A stretch of DNA of 64,000 nt from Lingula anatina (Eukaryota; Animalia; Brachiopoda): contig CM120643.1 in assembly GCA_051362555.1 (NCBI GenBank), positions 27,408,848-27,472,847 on the forward strand, written 5' to 3'. This document shows, piece after piece, positions 25,401 to 36,053 of this stretch (its first letter is position 1; every line of letters starts with the position of its first letter). Under the pieces are notes generated by a model. It saw only the letters and a program-made list of their open reading frames with translations. It was not told where the DNA came from and searched no databases. A program made the position numbers and the translations under genes.

Positions 25401-28400
25401 CATCCCTGTGGTGCACCGGTATTTAAGACTGTTGTTTTTGAGCTAAAAGTGCCAACTTTAACAGATTGTCTTCTATCTAAAAGAAAGTCTAAAATCCAGT
25501 CACAAATAAAGACAGGTAGCTTAAGATGGTTTAAAAGTTTCAGATATAGTTTTTTTGGCACAATTGTGTTAAAAGCTGAACTGTAGTCAATAAATAAAAT
25601 CCTTGCATAAGAATTTTTGTTATCTAAGTGTTGTAGTACAGTGTGTAGGCACAGATTAATTGCATCTTCAACATTTCTGTTAGATCGATAAGCGAACTGC
25701 AGTGATAGGAAGTGGCCATTTGCTTTTATTATGATAAACGCAATTCATTTTGCATGTTTTTTACTTTTAAAGCATGGCTTAAATCGGCTTGACAATATGA
25801 CTTTATTGTACCACCAGCGTAGGCGCTGGCGGTACACATGGTTTTAGTCCCGACCCGTATGTTCCGCCGGCTCCTGCGGCTCCTGCGGCTCCTGCGGCTC
25901 CGCCGCCAAGTCACCGTTACCGCTTCTCCTCCTAGACGGTAAGGGCCTCCATACCCATCTCTTGGATTTAGGTCACCTATAATCTCAACTCGTTCCACGT
26001 AAAATTTGGGCTTTGTCGGTATTGGGGTCTAGTTGTGGCACTCATTGCAATGCACCCTTGTCCAAAAATGGCAAAATGAAATGCTAATTATCTCCCCTAC
26101 AGAAGGAATTATGGGAAAAATTTCTACAGACAGCTTTCCAAAAGTCATATGTGTAGATTTCAAATATGCCCTTGGATTTGACCTTTGACCTTTATTTTAA
26201 GGTCAAACGGGCCAAAATTTTCAAAAAAACAAAATTTTTGCCGAAAAAAAAATTATTTGCGGTCTTATTCAGACACCACACAGACTTAACTAATAATATT
26301 AATGGAAAGTGTTACCCTTCAGGTCATCTTTCATCTCCGTGAATTTGGGGTCAATCGGTGCATTTTCACGGGAGTAGCGGCCATAAGATATCGAAACTGA
26401 AAACTGTCTCTAATTCGGGAACCGTTAATGCTAGACACCCATTCTTTTTTGCATTTTGTAGAGCATGTAAAGCCCAACACTGGAGGTGGTCTCCGTTTTT
26501 TTGTATTCCATACGGTTTTCGAGTTACGCTGTATCAAAAAGTACATATTGGTGGTGAAAGCAAAATGTGCAGTACGGTAATGGATAATAAATTTTGAACT
26601 CCGGAAAAATAAAACATAAGGCTTGGCAAAGCAGACAACTTGTGGTCAAAAATGACATTATTTCATCAAATTTGAACTTCTGGAACTTCAGAGCACCTCC
26701 CATTTCAAGAATTTCGACCAAAATGACCTTTTCTTTATTTTAATTAATTTTTTCTGTAGGAAATTTATGGCACATTAAGGTAACTCCAAAATTATAACAT
26801 TTAGTCCCTTATATCTCCAAAACTGGCAGAGATAGGTCCATAGTTACTATTGAAGTTGAATAGGAAGTCATATACTGGCAATCTAAATGTGACCTTGAAA
26901 TTGACCTTTGACCTACTTTTCACCATGAACTGAACTTTGCATATTTTTCTTCCCTTTTTATCTCCAAAACTGGCAGAGATAGGTCCATAGTTTCTATTGA
27001 ACGTGAATAGGAAGTCATATACTGGCAATCTAAATGTGACCTTAAAATTGACCTTTGACCTACTTTTCACCATGAACTGAACTTTGCAAATTTTGCTTCC
27101 TTTTATCTCCAAAACTGGCAGAGATAGGTCCATAGTTTCTATTGAACTTGAATAGGAAGTCATATACTGGCAATCTAAATGTGACCTTAAAATTGACCTT
27201 TGACCTACTTTTCACCATGAACTGAACTTTGCAAATTTTGCTTCCCTTTTATCTCCAAAACTGGCAGAGATAGGTCCATAGTTACTATTGAAGTTGAATA
27301 GGAAGTCATATACTGGCAATCTAAATGTGACCTTAAAATTGACCTTTGACCTACTTTTCACCATGAACTGAACTTTGCATAGTTTGCTTCCCCTTTATCT
27401 CCAAAACTGGCAGAGATAGGTCCATAGTTTCTATTGAACGTGAATAGGAAGTCATATACTGGCAATCTAAGTGTGACCTTGAAATTGACCTTTGACCTAC
27501 TTATTATCATGAACTGAACTCTGCTAATTTCTTTCTCTTTTAACTCCAAACCTGGCAGAGATAGGCCCATAGTTACTATTGAAGTTGAATAGGAAGTCAT
27601 ATACTGGCAATTTACTGTGACCTTGGAATTGACCTTTGACCTACCTTGCGATGAACTTAACTTTGATTGTACCATTTTTAGTAATATATATATTTTTTGC
27701 ATATTTTGAAAATTCTTGTTGATTGCATTTTTACAGCTTGTCAAGCACAAGACTGGTGGCTGTGTTCCTTATTTTGTATATGTGGGGGTCTATATGAATG
27801 CGCTTGCTCCAGCTGGTGGTACAATATTCGGAGGCGGTATCGCCTCTCTGATCCTCTAGTTTATTTATTTATTTAAATTGAGAAATAAAAGCCACTTGTT
27901 TTGTGAGTTGTTTCTTGAAGGATAGATTCAGTCAGTCATTTAGTCTGATTCGTCAATTTGAAAGTGAATTTAAAGGTCAAGTCACTTTTTGTACATTATA
28001 TAAAATTGCCAAAATTATAATTTGATCTATCTTATGCTGTAGTTGTTGGCCACATCCAGTATACCCCTGGCCTATCTGTGCTTTGGTAAACATTTATTTA
28101 CAAAAACAACTCTCTCTCTCTGTCCAGACTAGACTACTACAGATGGGTTCTACACTCCGTCTTTATTCCAAAACCTGTGCAAGATGGCGGCTGTGGAGGA
28201 AACATTAGAGAAGCTGTGACTGTGTTATTTAATGGAATTATTGACCATGACTTGAATGGGTATGTTAAGAACAAACCATTTTTATTACACACTTCAGTAG
28301 TTATGTTTCAGTGAAGGTTATCTTTAAACATTTCTTTGGACATTCCTTCAAACTTGTCTTTGGAATTCTACATACAATTTTGTAAATCTTTTTACATAAA

Positions 28401-31400
28401 ATTTTAGATATGATAATTCAGACAATTTTTTAATGTTTTTTTTTTATTCCATTCTTAATTATTTTACTACATGTGCGATACATTAATAACTATAAAGTTG
28501 CATGTGCATTTGAGTTTAGTTTTGAGGAGAAATAACTGTTTTTTTTCCCCATAGAAATCTCAGTTTTTCTGACATTGGCTGTCATCATCACCGTCTCCTT
28601 TGTTCCAAACCAAAGAACAGCACAAGATCTGAGTTGGTGTTAGTTCTGCAGGTGAGATTTGCCTTGATGAAGCTACTTTAACATGGTTGTAATATAATAA
28701 TATATATTTTATAATTACTATAAAATAACAATGATATATATTTTATAAATTACTATAAAATAGCAATGATGGTTTGTCCTTTCTTTTAAATTAATTTGTA
28801 TCGGACTTGATGGTTAAACAGTTCTGATAATTAATAAAATTTAAACATTTGAATTGATATCATATCCAGGAACTGTCTCAGTACCTTTCAAGCAGTACTG
28901 TAGAGGCAGCTTCCATCCAAGACAAGCCCTGGTTGCTGTTCACCATCACACAGAGGTTGGCACAGTATGGAGAGCAAGACAAGCTCAACATGCAAGCTGA
29001 TCTCTGTTCTTGTCTGAGGTAGGCATTTTGTTGAAAATAGATTTTTGAAAAGGGAAAAAGAATAGAAAGAATTATCCTTGTGCATTCTTCATTTCAACTT
29101 TTTACTTTCTGGAGGTTTTCAAGTTTAATGATATGCAAAATCTTTCAAAGGAGTACTAAAAAGAGCCTTTTTATAAGTGCAAACATACCAAGTAGGATTT
29201 AAAAAACATGATAAAGAAAATGAGGCAACACAACTGAAATGGATATGGCAAGTTTATCAAAGACAAATTTTGCCTCCACTTATTACAAAATCAAGTTTTT
29301 GTTTTTATTTATATTTTCTTGTTTTTATCTACAGAGTGGCTGCGTCATTGTCTCCATACCTATTCTACGTTGATGAGTTGTGGAGCAGCACATTTACTGT
29401 AGCTACTCTGGAGGCCTCTGTACACTTAATAAACACATACGTGGTAAGATATAAAGTAATTAACAATCGCGTTTTTAAATATAACATACTCAATAATAAA
29501 AATACCATTAAAAATAATAATAATAATGCATGAAGGCAAGACTTACAGCGGCTTATTCTTATTGGGAAATGAATTCTTTTTGAATGAATTTATGCTTCAA
29601 GAAAGGTTATCTAACAGATCTTATCCATTGATAAGGCCTTTATAGTCAAAATTATTTGAATTTTAAGAATCTTAAGAAATATTATATTTAAGGTTATACA
29701 AAAAATGAAAGATGCATGTTCTTGTTAAGTAGATGGTCAGAAAGCTCTTCAATTTATCAATTTCAGAGAAATTTTTGTTGCGAAGGTATAGTTTTACCTT
29801 GGTCGCTGACTCTTTACTTTGTGAGGGTAAGTATAATATTTTTACAAGATTAGCAATTAATGTTGTATTGTGTTTTGTTTGGTGATGACATCTTGACATT
29901 TCAAATTTTGTCTGAGCTCACATTCCTGGATGATAACTTGTATTCTATGCTATTCATTGAATAATAATAATATCTATGCATTTATCAATATTTATTCAGG
30001 TATCAATATTTTATTCTGGACAAAAATTTAATAAGTTTTACATAGCTGAAGTTAAAATACAAGTTTCTTCAAACAACAGATCATGTAACTCTTTTCATCA
30101 GAGATTTAAAAATTATGTTAAATTTCATCTTACTCCAGGGATTACTGTCATTGTGCTCACAAAGAAGCCAAAGTTTGAACAGCGCTGTACTGAATCAAGG
30201 TTTTGGAAAGTCTCCACTTATAGTGGTCTCCTTGATAGTAAGTGATACTATTTCATTTTTATTTTATTTTTATTCATACTTTTTCTATGAGTGCATTCCC
30301 AGAGATTTAGATCGATCCAGAGATTTAGATTTAGATCAACCTAACTCCCTGGGGGTTCACGCTAAATTGCAGTTGGCCGAGCACGCACCATAGTTAATTA
30401 CCCCCTTACAGCTTTTAGTAGGCGGGACAGACGCTTAAGCCAGCTAAGCTGACAGTAATCTAGTGAGACTCCCCACAGGGATAGATCGATCTAAAATCTA
30501 TGGGAATGGGGTCTATGATTCTGTTTTAATTTTCCTAACACAATTAACAGATGATTTATTTTTCTGTATTTATTGTGTTTAACTTTTTCTTGTGTTTTTT
30601 AACAAATTCATTGTGCACATCATGGCAGTGGTAAGTTAGACATGCGTGTGTGTGCATGTGTGTGTATGCACGTGTGCATGCCAAGATTAAGTATAATTAG
30701 GCAACGGTTAACTATTTACATGTTAATTCTGGCTGCTTAATTAAATTGTTTCCTAAATCAACTGATTACTAAATTATTCAACTGGATCAAAATGAATTAA
30801 GTCTGTTCCCAAAACATTGTTTTGGTACTGAATTAAATTAATTTGATGATTCAAAGGTATTAAAATGTCTATTTTAAGATTAACTGAAAAAGAAAAAAGT
30901 CTTGAAAAAGCTCAATGTAAAGAATAAATGAGACGTTTTTGAACACCATATAGAATTCTGTTGATATCCCTTCTTATTTTCCATAGAAATCAATACAAAG
31001 ACTCACTGTAAATGAATAAAAGATGCAGTCATAATATGATGTTTCTGTTTAAGGCAGCATATGGCATATTACATATTTGCTACTACAAAGTCTGTTGCCT
31101 TAAACTTATTAATATTTGATCAGATTTGTATGTAAGTCGCTTTTGACTGCAGGTATACACATTTTGTTCAGTAATATACTTAAGCCAATGTTTTACCTGA
31201 GTTTTAACCCTCATATAATGCCTATGATATGATAGTGAATATTTTATTATAATAGACATAATATTGTCAACATGAACACACTTCATCTCAGATATAATAT
31301 ATGTTTGAAATATCCATGCTGTTTCACATTGTCTAATTATATTAAACTGATGCTCATGACTAGAAACTGAAAGCTTTTTTTGAGAGCTTTGCCATACCCA

Positions 31401-34359
31401 ATTGCCTTTATTATGTAGACTATAGATGAAGTTAATTTATGATAGAAACTGAATTTTTTTTTAAATTTTCTTTTAGTCAAATGCATTTATATATTTATTA
31501 TTATTTTGAAATGTTAGATGCATTATCCAGTGGTTGAAGGGGCTTTGGGTAGGGAGTTATGCAGCAGCCATGGTTCCAGTAGTGAACATTTTGTTATCTT
31601 CAACAGACTACGTTCTGTGTACATGTGGGCAACAGAGTAAGTTCTCATTGATTGATTGACTGACTGACTGACTGGTTGGTTGGTTGGTTGGTTGATTGAT
31701 TGATTGATTGATTGTTTTGGTATTGCTGTCACAAATCAATAGATACATACAAAATTAAGACCAAATGGTGTAAAAAAAATATTTCTGTCCTTGAGAAAAC
31801 CTTATCTACTGTTATTTTTAGTAGTTTTGCACGTGAAATTGAGATGTAGACTTTTTATTTAAAAGTGTGGTTGTGTAAAAATTATTGTGTAAGCCACAAA
31901 ACAGAGCAGAAAATATAAGTACTGCCTTTTATAACACTCCTTTTATGTATAAAATAATTGTACATATCTCTACAGGAATACCGATTTATTAAACATGGCT
32001 AAAATAAAAAGTTATACACTCTGTTAAAAACTTTGTCATGAAATGAGCCTTGTCGTAAAATTGTCCGTAATATAGTGAATAATTTTCACTTTCAGACTAC
32101 TGGGGCAGACCCTCTCACTGGAGCCACCGTGCCCTGAACCGTGGATATCTGGGGCAGCCATCTTTGCCGTCTGTGCATCTGCCGGGCATAGGTAAATTGG
32201 AATTGAAAACCAGTATTTACAAAGTCTTACATTTTTGCTGACTAAAATGAATTGAAAGACGGTATTTAAAGAGTCTTGGGTATCCATTTTGTTCAGATCT
32301 CGCTGAATCTGTTTGAATTTTTTGTGTTTCTGAATATTAAAACAAGGAGCTCTAACAAAGTTTTTTTTAAAAAACCCTTGATAAAAATATCTGCATGTGT
32401 GCCCTCCTTGATGTCCATGTTGGCTGTATATATAATAAAGATTGTATACTGTTTAAACTGTGTTTCAGGTACTTGTCTTTATTTACGGAAAAAGTTCATC
32501 AGTCTTTGAAGGCTCCAGGAGAATCCTTTGAGGTACACAAAAATCTTCTTTCAGAAGAGAATTAAATTTTCCATCTTATAATTTTGACTCAATTTTATCA
32601 CTTGATAAATAAAATGTGAATGAATTGTGCATCAGTTTGGATCTACATGTTCATACACTTTCATGTATAAAATATAGCCACTGAACCACTAACTTTGTTG
32701 GTCTTTTTCAAGGTTTTAGAAATGTGTTTTTCCTGCTTGGTTGCTCAAGTCACATACAGCACCTGTTTCTCAGAGGTAGGAAGACACATTTTTTTGGAAA
32801 TGAGAGGGAGAGAGAGAAGGGGAGAGAGATAGAAGCTTGTGAATGGATCATATTACAAGGGAAGTACTGTAGATGGGGGAGGAGAGAGTGAAATCAGACA
32901 ATAAAAATGAGGGACAGAAGGGAGATGATGAACAGAGAGAGAGAGAGATAGTGATTTCAAGGAGTGTTTGATGCATACTAGTACATCTATAAATATATCA
33001 CTAACTTTAATTTCTGCAAATGATTTGCATTAACTTTAAAGTATAATCTAATTATCATTTATTTTCCAATACTTCAGTGTCATCAAGATGAAAGCTACCA
33101 GGAAGCTATGTTAACAGTGCTGACAGCAAGCCCTTTGTTACTGACAGTGTTTAGTTCACAACATTCTACAGTGCTGCAGACTTCAGTATTTCCAGATTAT
33201 GTCACAAGATGTCAGTGTCTCCTTGTATTTAGGTAGGTTGTGTGACACAAGATGTCAGTGTCTCCTTGTATTTAGGTAGGTTTTGTGACACAAGATGTCA
33301 GTGTCTCCTTGTATTTAGGTAGATTGTGTGACACAAGATGTCCATTAATTCCACTGCCCATGTGGCATTGTTGAACACATTTCTCTTTTAAATCTGTGAA
33401 ACAATTCAGATAACTTGAGTTACCTTAAAAAGACTAAGCTACAGTTAAATGAAACTTAAAAAATAAAAATATACTGAAAATGCTAAAAGGTTGCCTTGTA
33501 GTATGAGAGTTTTTTCATAGTTGATAAGATATAGTAGATAAAATGATAAAATAGAATATTCTTAACTTATGTACTAAATTACATCAGTCAAACGCAACAT
33601 TTGGGTCTAGCACTTCTGGACCTTGGTCACATGAATGGTTATTTCACACCAGAATCCAGTGTAGAAGTGTGATGGATTATTTAATCAGGTTGCCTGATGT
33701 TAATGTTTTGTGAAGGTAATTTGTGGTGTGATGTTGGTATTGCTTCTTCTCCAGGATCTTGCAGGGTGCTTCAGAAGAGCAGCTGTGTGGTCTACTGGCA
33801 TGGGAGCAGTCATTATTCACCGTGCTACAACTGTACAAAGAAATGTGTGACTTGCATGATGATCAGGCAGAACAAGATGTGCTCCCTGGGAGCTCCTATA
33901 ATATGGTGGGTTGATTGCTTCATGGATCACTTTTAAGCTGTTGGTCTCTCCTTCCCTCCCTTCCTCCCTCTCTCCCTCTCCTCTCTTTGTCCTCTGTATA
34001 ACTCTGTATTTTTTTCTTGAAATTAATTTTTCAAAACAAATGTAAATAAAGGATACTTGCACCATTTGACCTGTGTTAATTCTTTAAAACATGTTTCATT
34101 TCAAGAATTTTAAGATTAAATCTGTTCATGTAGACTCATCAAATTCTGTTCATTTTCTCTCTAGGCACTGGACATCAGTCAGTTACAGAGTAGCTGTGGT
34201 ACCGTGGATAGATGTATAACTCTAGCACCTCCTCTGTCTCTAGCCAGCCTCACTGACTCCTTTATACAGAGCTTAGACACCATACTACAACATAGACTGT
34301 ACCAGAGGAGAAAGGGTCTTAACAGGAGTTCCAGAATTGGTGACATGGATGTTGGATGA
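7310..34359 (+). CDS. FANCA: Fanconi anemia group A protein, 40 coding exons, about 1427 aa
   Basis: Hand-built GT-AG, phase-consistent model (4284 nt): 7310-7376, 7993-8108, 8464-8578, 12760-12902, 13228-13320, 13526-13599, 13779-13888, 14768-14844, 15010-15043, 15464-15613, 15863-15939, 16159-16300, 16805-16938, 17495-17605, 17775-17870, 18080-18139, 18473-18561, 19168-19228, 19543-19592, 19890-19966, 20305-20412, 20672-20805, 21434-21589, 21929-22119, 22483-22588, 23876-24025, 24390-24463, 28128-28259, 28555-28651, 28870-29018, 29335-29443, 29767-29826, 30139-30237, 31518-31636, 32096-32191, 32469-32532, 32713-32775, 33078-33232, 33755-33905, 34165-34359. Diagnostic peptides: [98 protein letters not shown]. 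The C-terminal exons are less certain than the middle ones. Confidence 0.92.
8631..11648 (+). mobile_element. Composite Helentron-associated (HINE/DINE-like) element with internal tandem arrays
   Basis: Subterminal IR ACCTCTGCCAAGG (8633) / CCTTGGCAGAGGT (11611), then a small 3' hairpin and TTCTAGTT. Inside: (TCGCCGTCG)n near 8720, a 161-bp unit x3 (8758, 8919, 9080) and an about 337-bp unit x4-5 (9622, 9960, 10297, ...). Confidence 0.75.
11881..12043. mobile_element. Short hAT-like MITE (related to 21259-21385)
   Basis: Ends AGGGGTGGAT / GTCCGCTCCTG, TTATTG on both flanks, and shared internal TCTTCTGGGTCTT and CAAAATGGAGGA.GGATCA. Confidence 0.55.
12200..12436 (+). mobile_element. HINE 3' portion
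   Basis: (TTTG)n(TCTG)n, then AAAAGTTATGGGCCGATTTTGATGAAATTTTCAGG, ending GCCTTGGCGCAGGTCTGCGCTCTCGGAGTGCTTTTCTAGTT as at 51407. Confidence 0.75.
14086..14632. mobile_element. PIF/Harbinger-like MITE with about 155-bp TIRs in FANCA intron 7
   Basis: Near-perfect long inverted arms GAGCGCATTCTCAACG... / ...CGTTGAGAATGCGCTC, with a TTA/TTA target duplication. Confidence 0.9.
15997..16051. repeat. (TC)n microsatellite
   Basis: Read directly. A similar tract lies at 22392-22443. Confidence 0.9.
17177..17343. mobile_element. hAT-like MITE with 5-bp TSD (family B, copy 1)
   Basis: TIR CAGGCCCGTAGCCA / TGGCTACGGGCCTG; TSD CTCAT/CTCAT. Confidence 0.88.
20814..20987. mobile_element. PIF/Harbinger-like MITE next to a FANCA donor site
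   Basis: TIR GGCCCCATTCAGAATAGGGGAC / GTCCCCTATTCTGAATAGGGCC; ATA/ATA flank. Confidence 0.85.
21259..21385. mobile_element. Short hAT-like MITE
   Basis: Ends CGGGGGCGGAT / TTCCGCCCCTG; GTATT/GTATT flank; related to 11881-12043. Confidence 0.6.
22813..23748. mobile_element. Foldback-type non-autonomous DNA transposon in FANCA intron 25
   Basis: TIR AGAGTCTTTTCCACG / CGTGGAAAAGACTCT with an AT/AT flank. Long imperfect internal inverted arms at about 23098-23330 and 23430-23670. Superfamily is uncertain (an AT TSD suggests ISL2EU-like). Confidence 0.8.
24512..25703 (-). mobile_element. 5'-truncated Rex1/Babar-type LINE (reverse transcriptase fragment, inactivated)
   Basis: [41 protein letters not shown] (FADD mutated), KTKE/MIVDFRR with a frameshift near 25186, [34 protein letters not shown] and a (CTTAT)n tail lie at 24512-24542. 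Confidence 0.92.
25803..27861 (+). mobile_element. Helentron-associated (HINE-like) element with about 146-bp internal tandem array
   Basis: SubTIR ATTGTACCACCAGC / GCTGGTGGTACAAT (27812), a 5' hairpin, (CGGCTCCTG)n, about 6 units starting at 26813, 26960, 27105, 27251, 27397 and 27542, 3' hairpin GAGGCGGTATCGCCTC, then CTAGTT. Confidence 0.85.
30289..30513. mobile_element. PIF/Harbinger-like MITE (family A, copy 2)
   Basis: Reverse complement of 4723-4947; TAT/TAT flank. Confidence 0.82.
33203..33341 (+). repeat. 43-bp tandem triplication spanning the FANCA exon 38 donor
   Basis: Units start at 33203, 33246 and 33289, with a partial one at 33332. Each full unit contains TTTAG|GTAG. Confidence 0.9.
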
Positions 34360-34529
34360 TGGCATCAAAAAGAAAAAAAAAGAAAGAAAAAAAAACAATG
34401 AAAAGAAAATATTTGACACTAGTTTTCTTTAATGGACATTCTAGGCAGGTCAATGCAGATATCTTGATAGCCTCAGCCTATGGAAAAACTGTGTGATGGA
34501 AGAGCTTTCCTTCATGAACTTTCTAATAT

Positions 34530-34696
34530 CAGGCCCGTAGCCAACAATTTCATAAGGGGAGTTCTTTTTTGAAAAAGTGGACCTTTTTCCATAAAAAACT
34601 TCATGAACCTAGATCAAATTTTACCCAGAGTGGACCTTTTCCCACCAAAAGGGGCAGTTCTTTCAAACCCCCCAAACCCCCCTGGCTACGGGCCTG
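34530..34696. mobile_element. hAT-like MITE with 5-bp TSD (family B, copy 2) in the FANCA 3' region
   Basis: Same TIR and body as 17177-17343; TSD AATAT/AATAT. Confidence 0.88.
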
Positions 34697-34864
34697 AATA
34701 TCAACCATACATTAGATTATCTGTGGCAGAAGAGAAGGATAAAGCATCTGATAACAATCATCCATGCATCAAGATAAAGATATGTCAAAAAAGTTATTAC
34801 TGTATAGCAGCAATGCTAAAGATGAGCAGTCTTGAGGATGTGTGAAATGAAAGCAGTCTTCACC

Positions 34865-34870
34865 AATAAA
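34865..34870 (+). terminator. Candidate FANCA polyadenylation signal
   Basis: First AATAAA I found after the stop at 34359, followed by T/GT-rich sequence. Confidence 0.45.
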
Positions 34871-35814
34871 CAGCTGCATTTTAATTTTCATGTTTGTGTA
34901 GTTTAAATGCATCGTGATTCTCAGATTCTAGTGGTTATTTCTTACTATACTACATCTGCCCTTGAAGTAAAACTTGTCATTGTACTACGATAATGACTGG
35001 TTCTGTTCAGTGGCTGAAGTTGTTAATTCTACTGAAGCTGTTTTTTAAAAAACATGAATTTTTCAAAGCACAACAATCCTGATAAATGGTTTCAACAAAA
35101 CTGAAAAACATGCTGGCCAGTAGTTCTATTCTATACAGCGAAAGGACCAATAATGAATATACTTTTAAATATTCCAAAATAAAGCATGCATGAAAGATTG
35201 TTCATTTAAAAATTCAAACAATAGACAGCCAACTGCAGACGGTACCAAAGAAATGGCATTTTTCTAGTACCTTAAGTCATGTATTGTAATGTATAATGTG
35301 ACCTGGCATAAAGAGAGGGTGTATTATTTCAAGACTATCAATTTACCAACAAGTTGTCACTGTATCTCAACATTTTAATCAGGATGATTAAAGGAACACA
35401 AAACACCTCCGACCTTTATATAACAAAAAAATTTCCTGGAATCTTCAGCAATTCACCTCTTGTTTCCGAATTCTTGTATAATCACCAGCTTTTCCGTATT
35501 CTACATAACACTAGCAGCAAAATAAAATAATTTCTGCACTTCAGATATATTTTCATTAAACAACGGTAACCAGACCACATCATTGGCAACCAGCGCGAGA
35601 CAGATGGGAACTAAGATACCGTAGCTTTAAGTATTATCAACATATATGCTTAATATATGTAGGAATGACGAAAGTGTTGTTAGCACATAATTATGGCGTC
35701 TTTCATGAAGCCGTCTGCGACCCGCATTTTTATTATACGAATCGCCCAATTAATATTTATGCTCAATGGCTGTATGACATACACCAGCGCGAAGCGTCTG
35801 TTAAATGCCTGCCT

Positions 35815-35958
35815 TTTAAATTTTTTTCAGCGGTTTGGATTTTAACGGAATTAATGACGGGTACAATTTTTTAGCATATTATCGAATAGCATATTATGCT
35901 AAAAAATTGTACCCGTCATTAATTCCGTTAAAATCCAAACCGCTGAAAAAAATTTAAA
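35815..35958. repeat. Perfect 64-bp inverted repeat with a 16-nt loop
   Basis: 35815-35878 is the exact reverse complement of 35895-35958. Confidence 0.92.
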
Positions 35959-36053
35959 GTGGATATCATAAAACGTTTTACAGCTTAATAAATATTCTGT
36001 TCTTTTGTCAAAAAAGATAATCTTACTCTCATTCCACTGCACCCTTGTATTCC

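Noticed and set aside
24627-25561. Active or domesticated reverse transcriptase
   Set aside because: 5'-truncated, catalytic FADD changed to FAGD, and frameshifted near 25186.
26801-27750. ORFs of 120 and 130 aa with repeated motifs
   Set aside because: Translations of the 146-bp array inside the HINE; frames shift between units.
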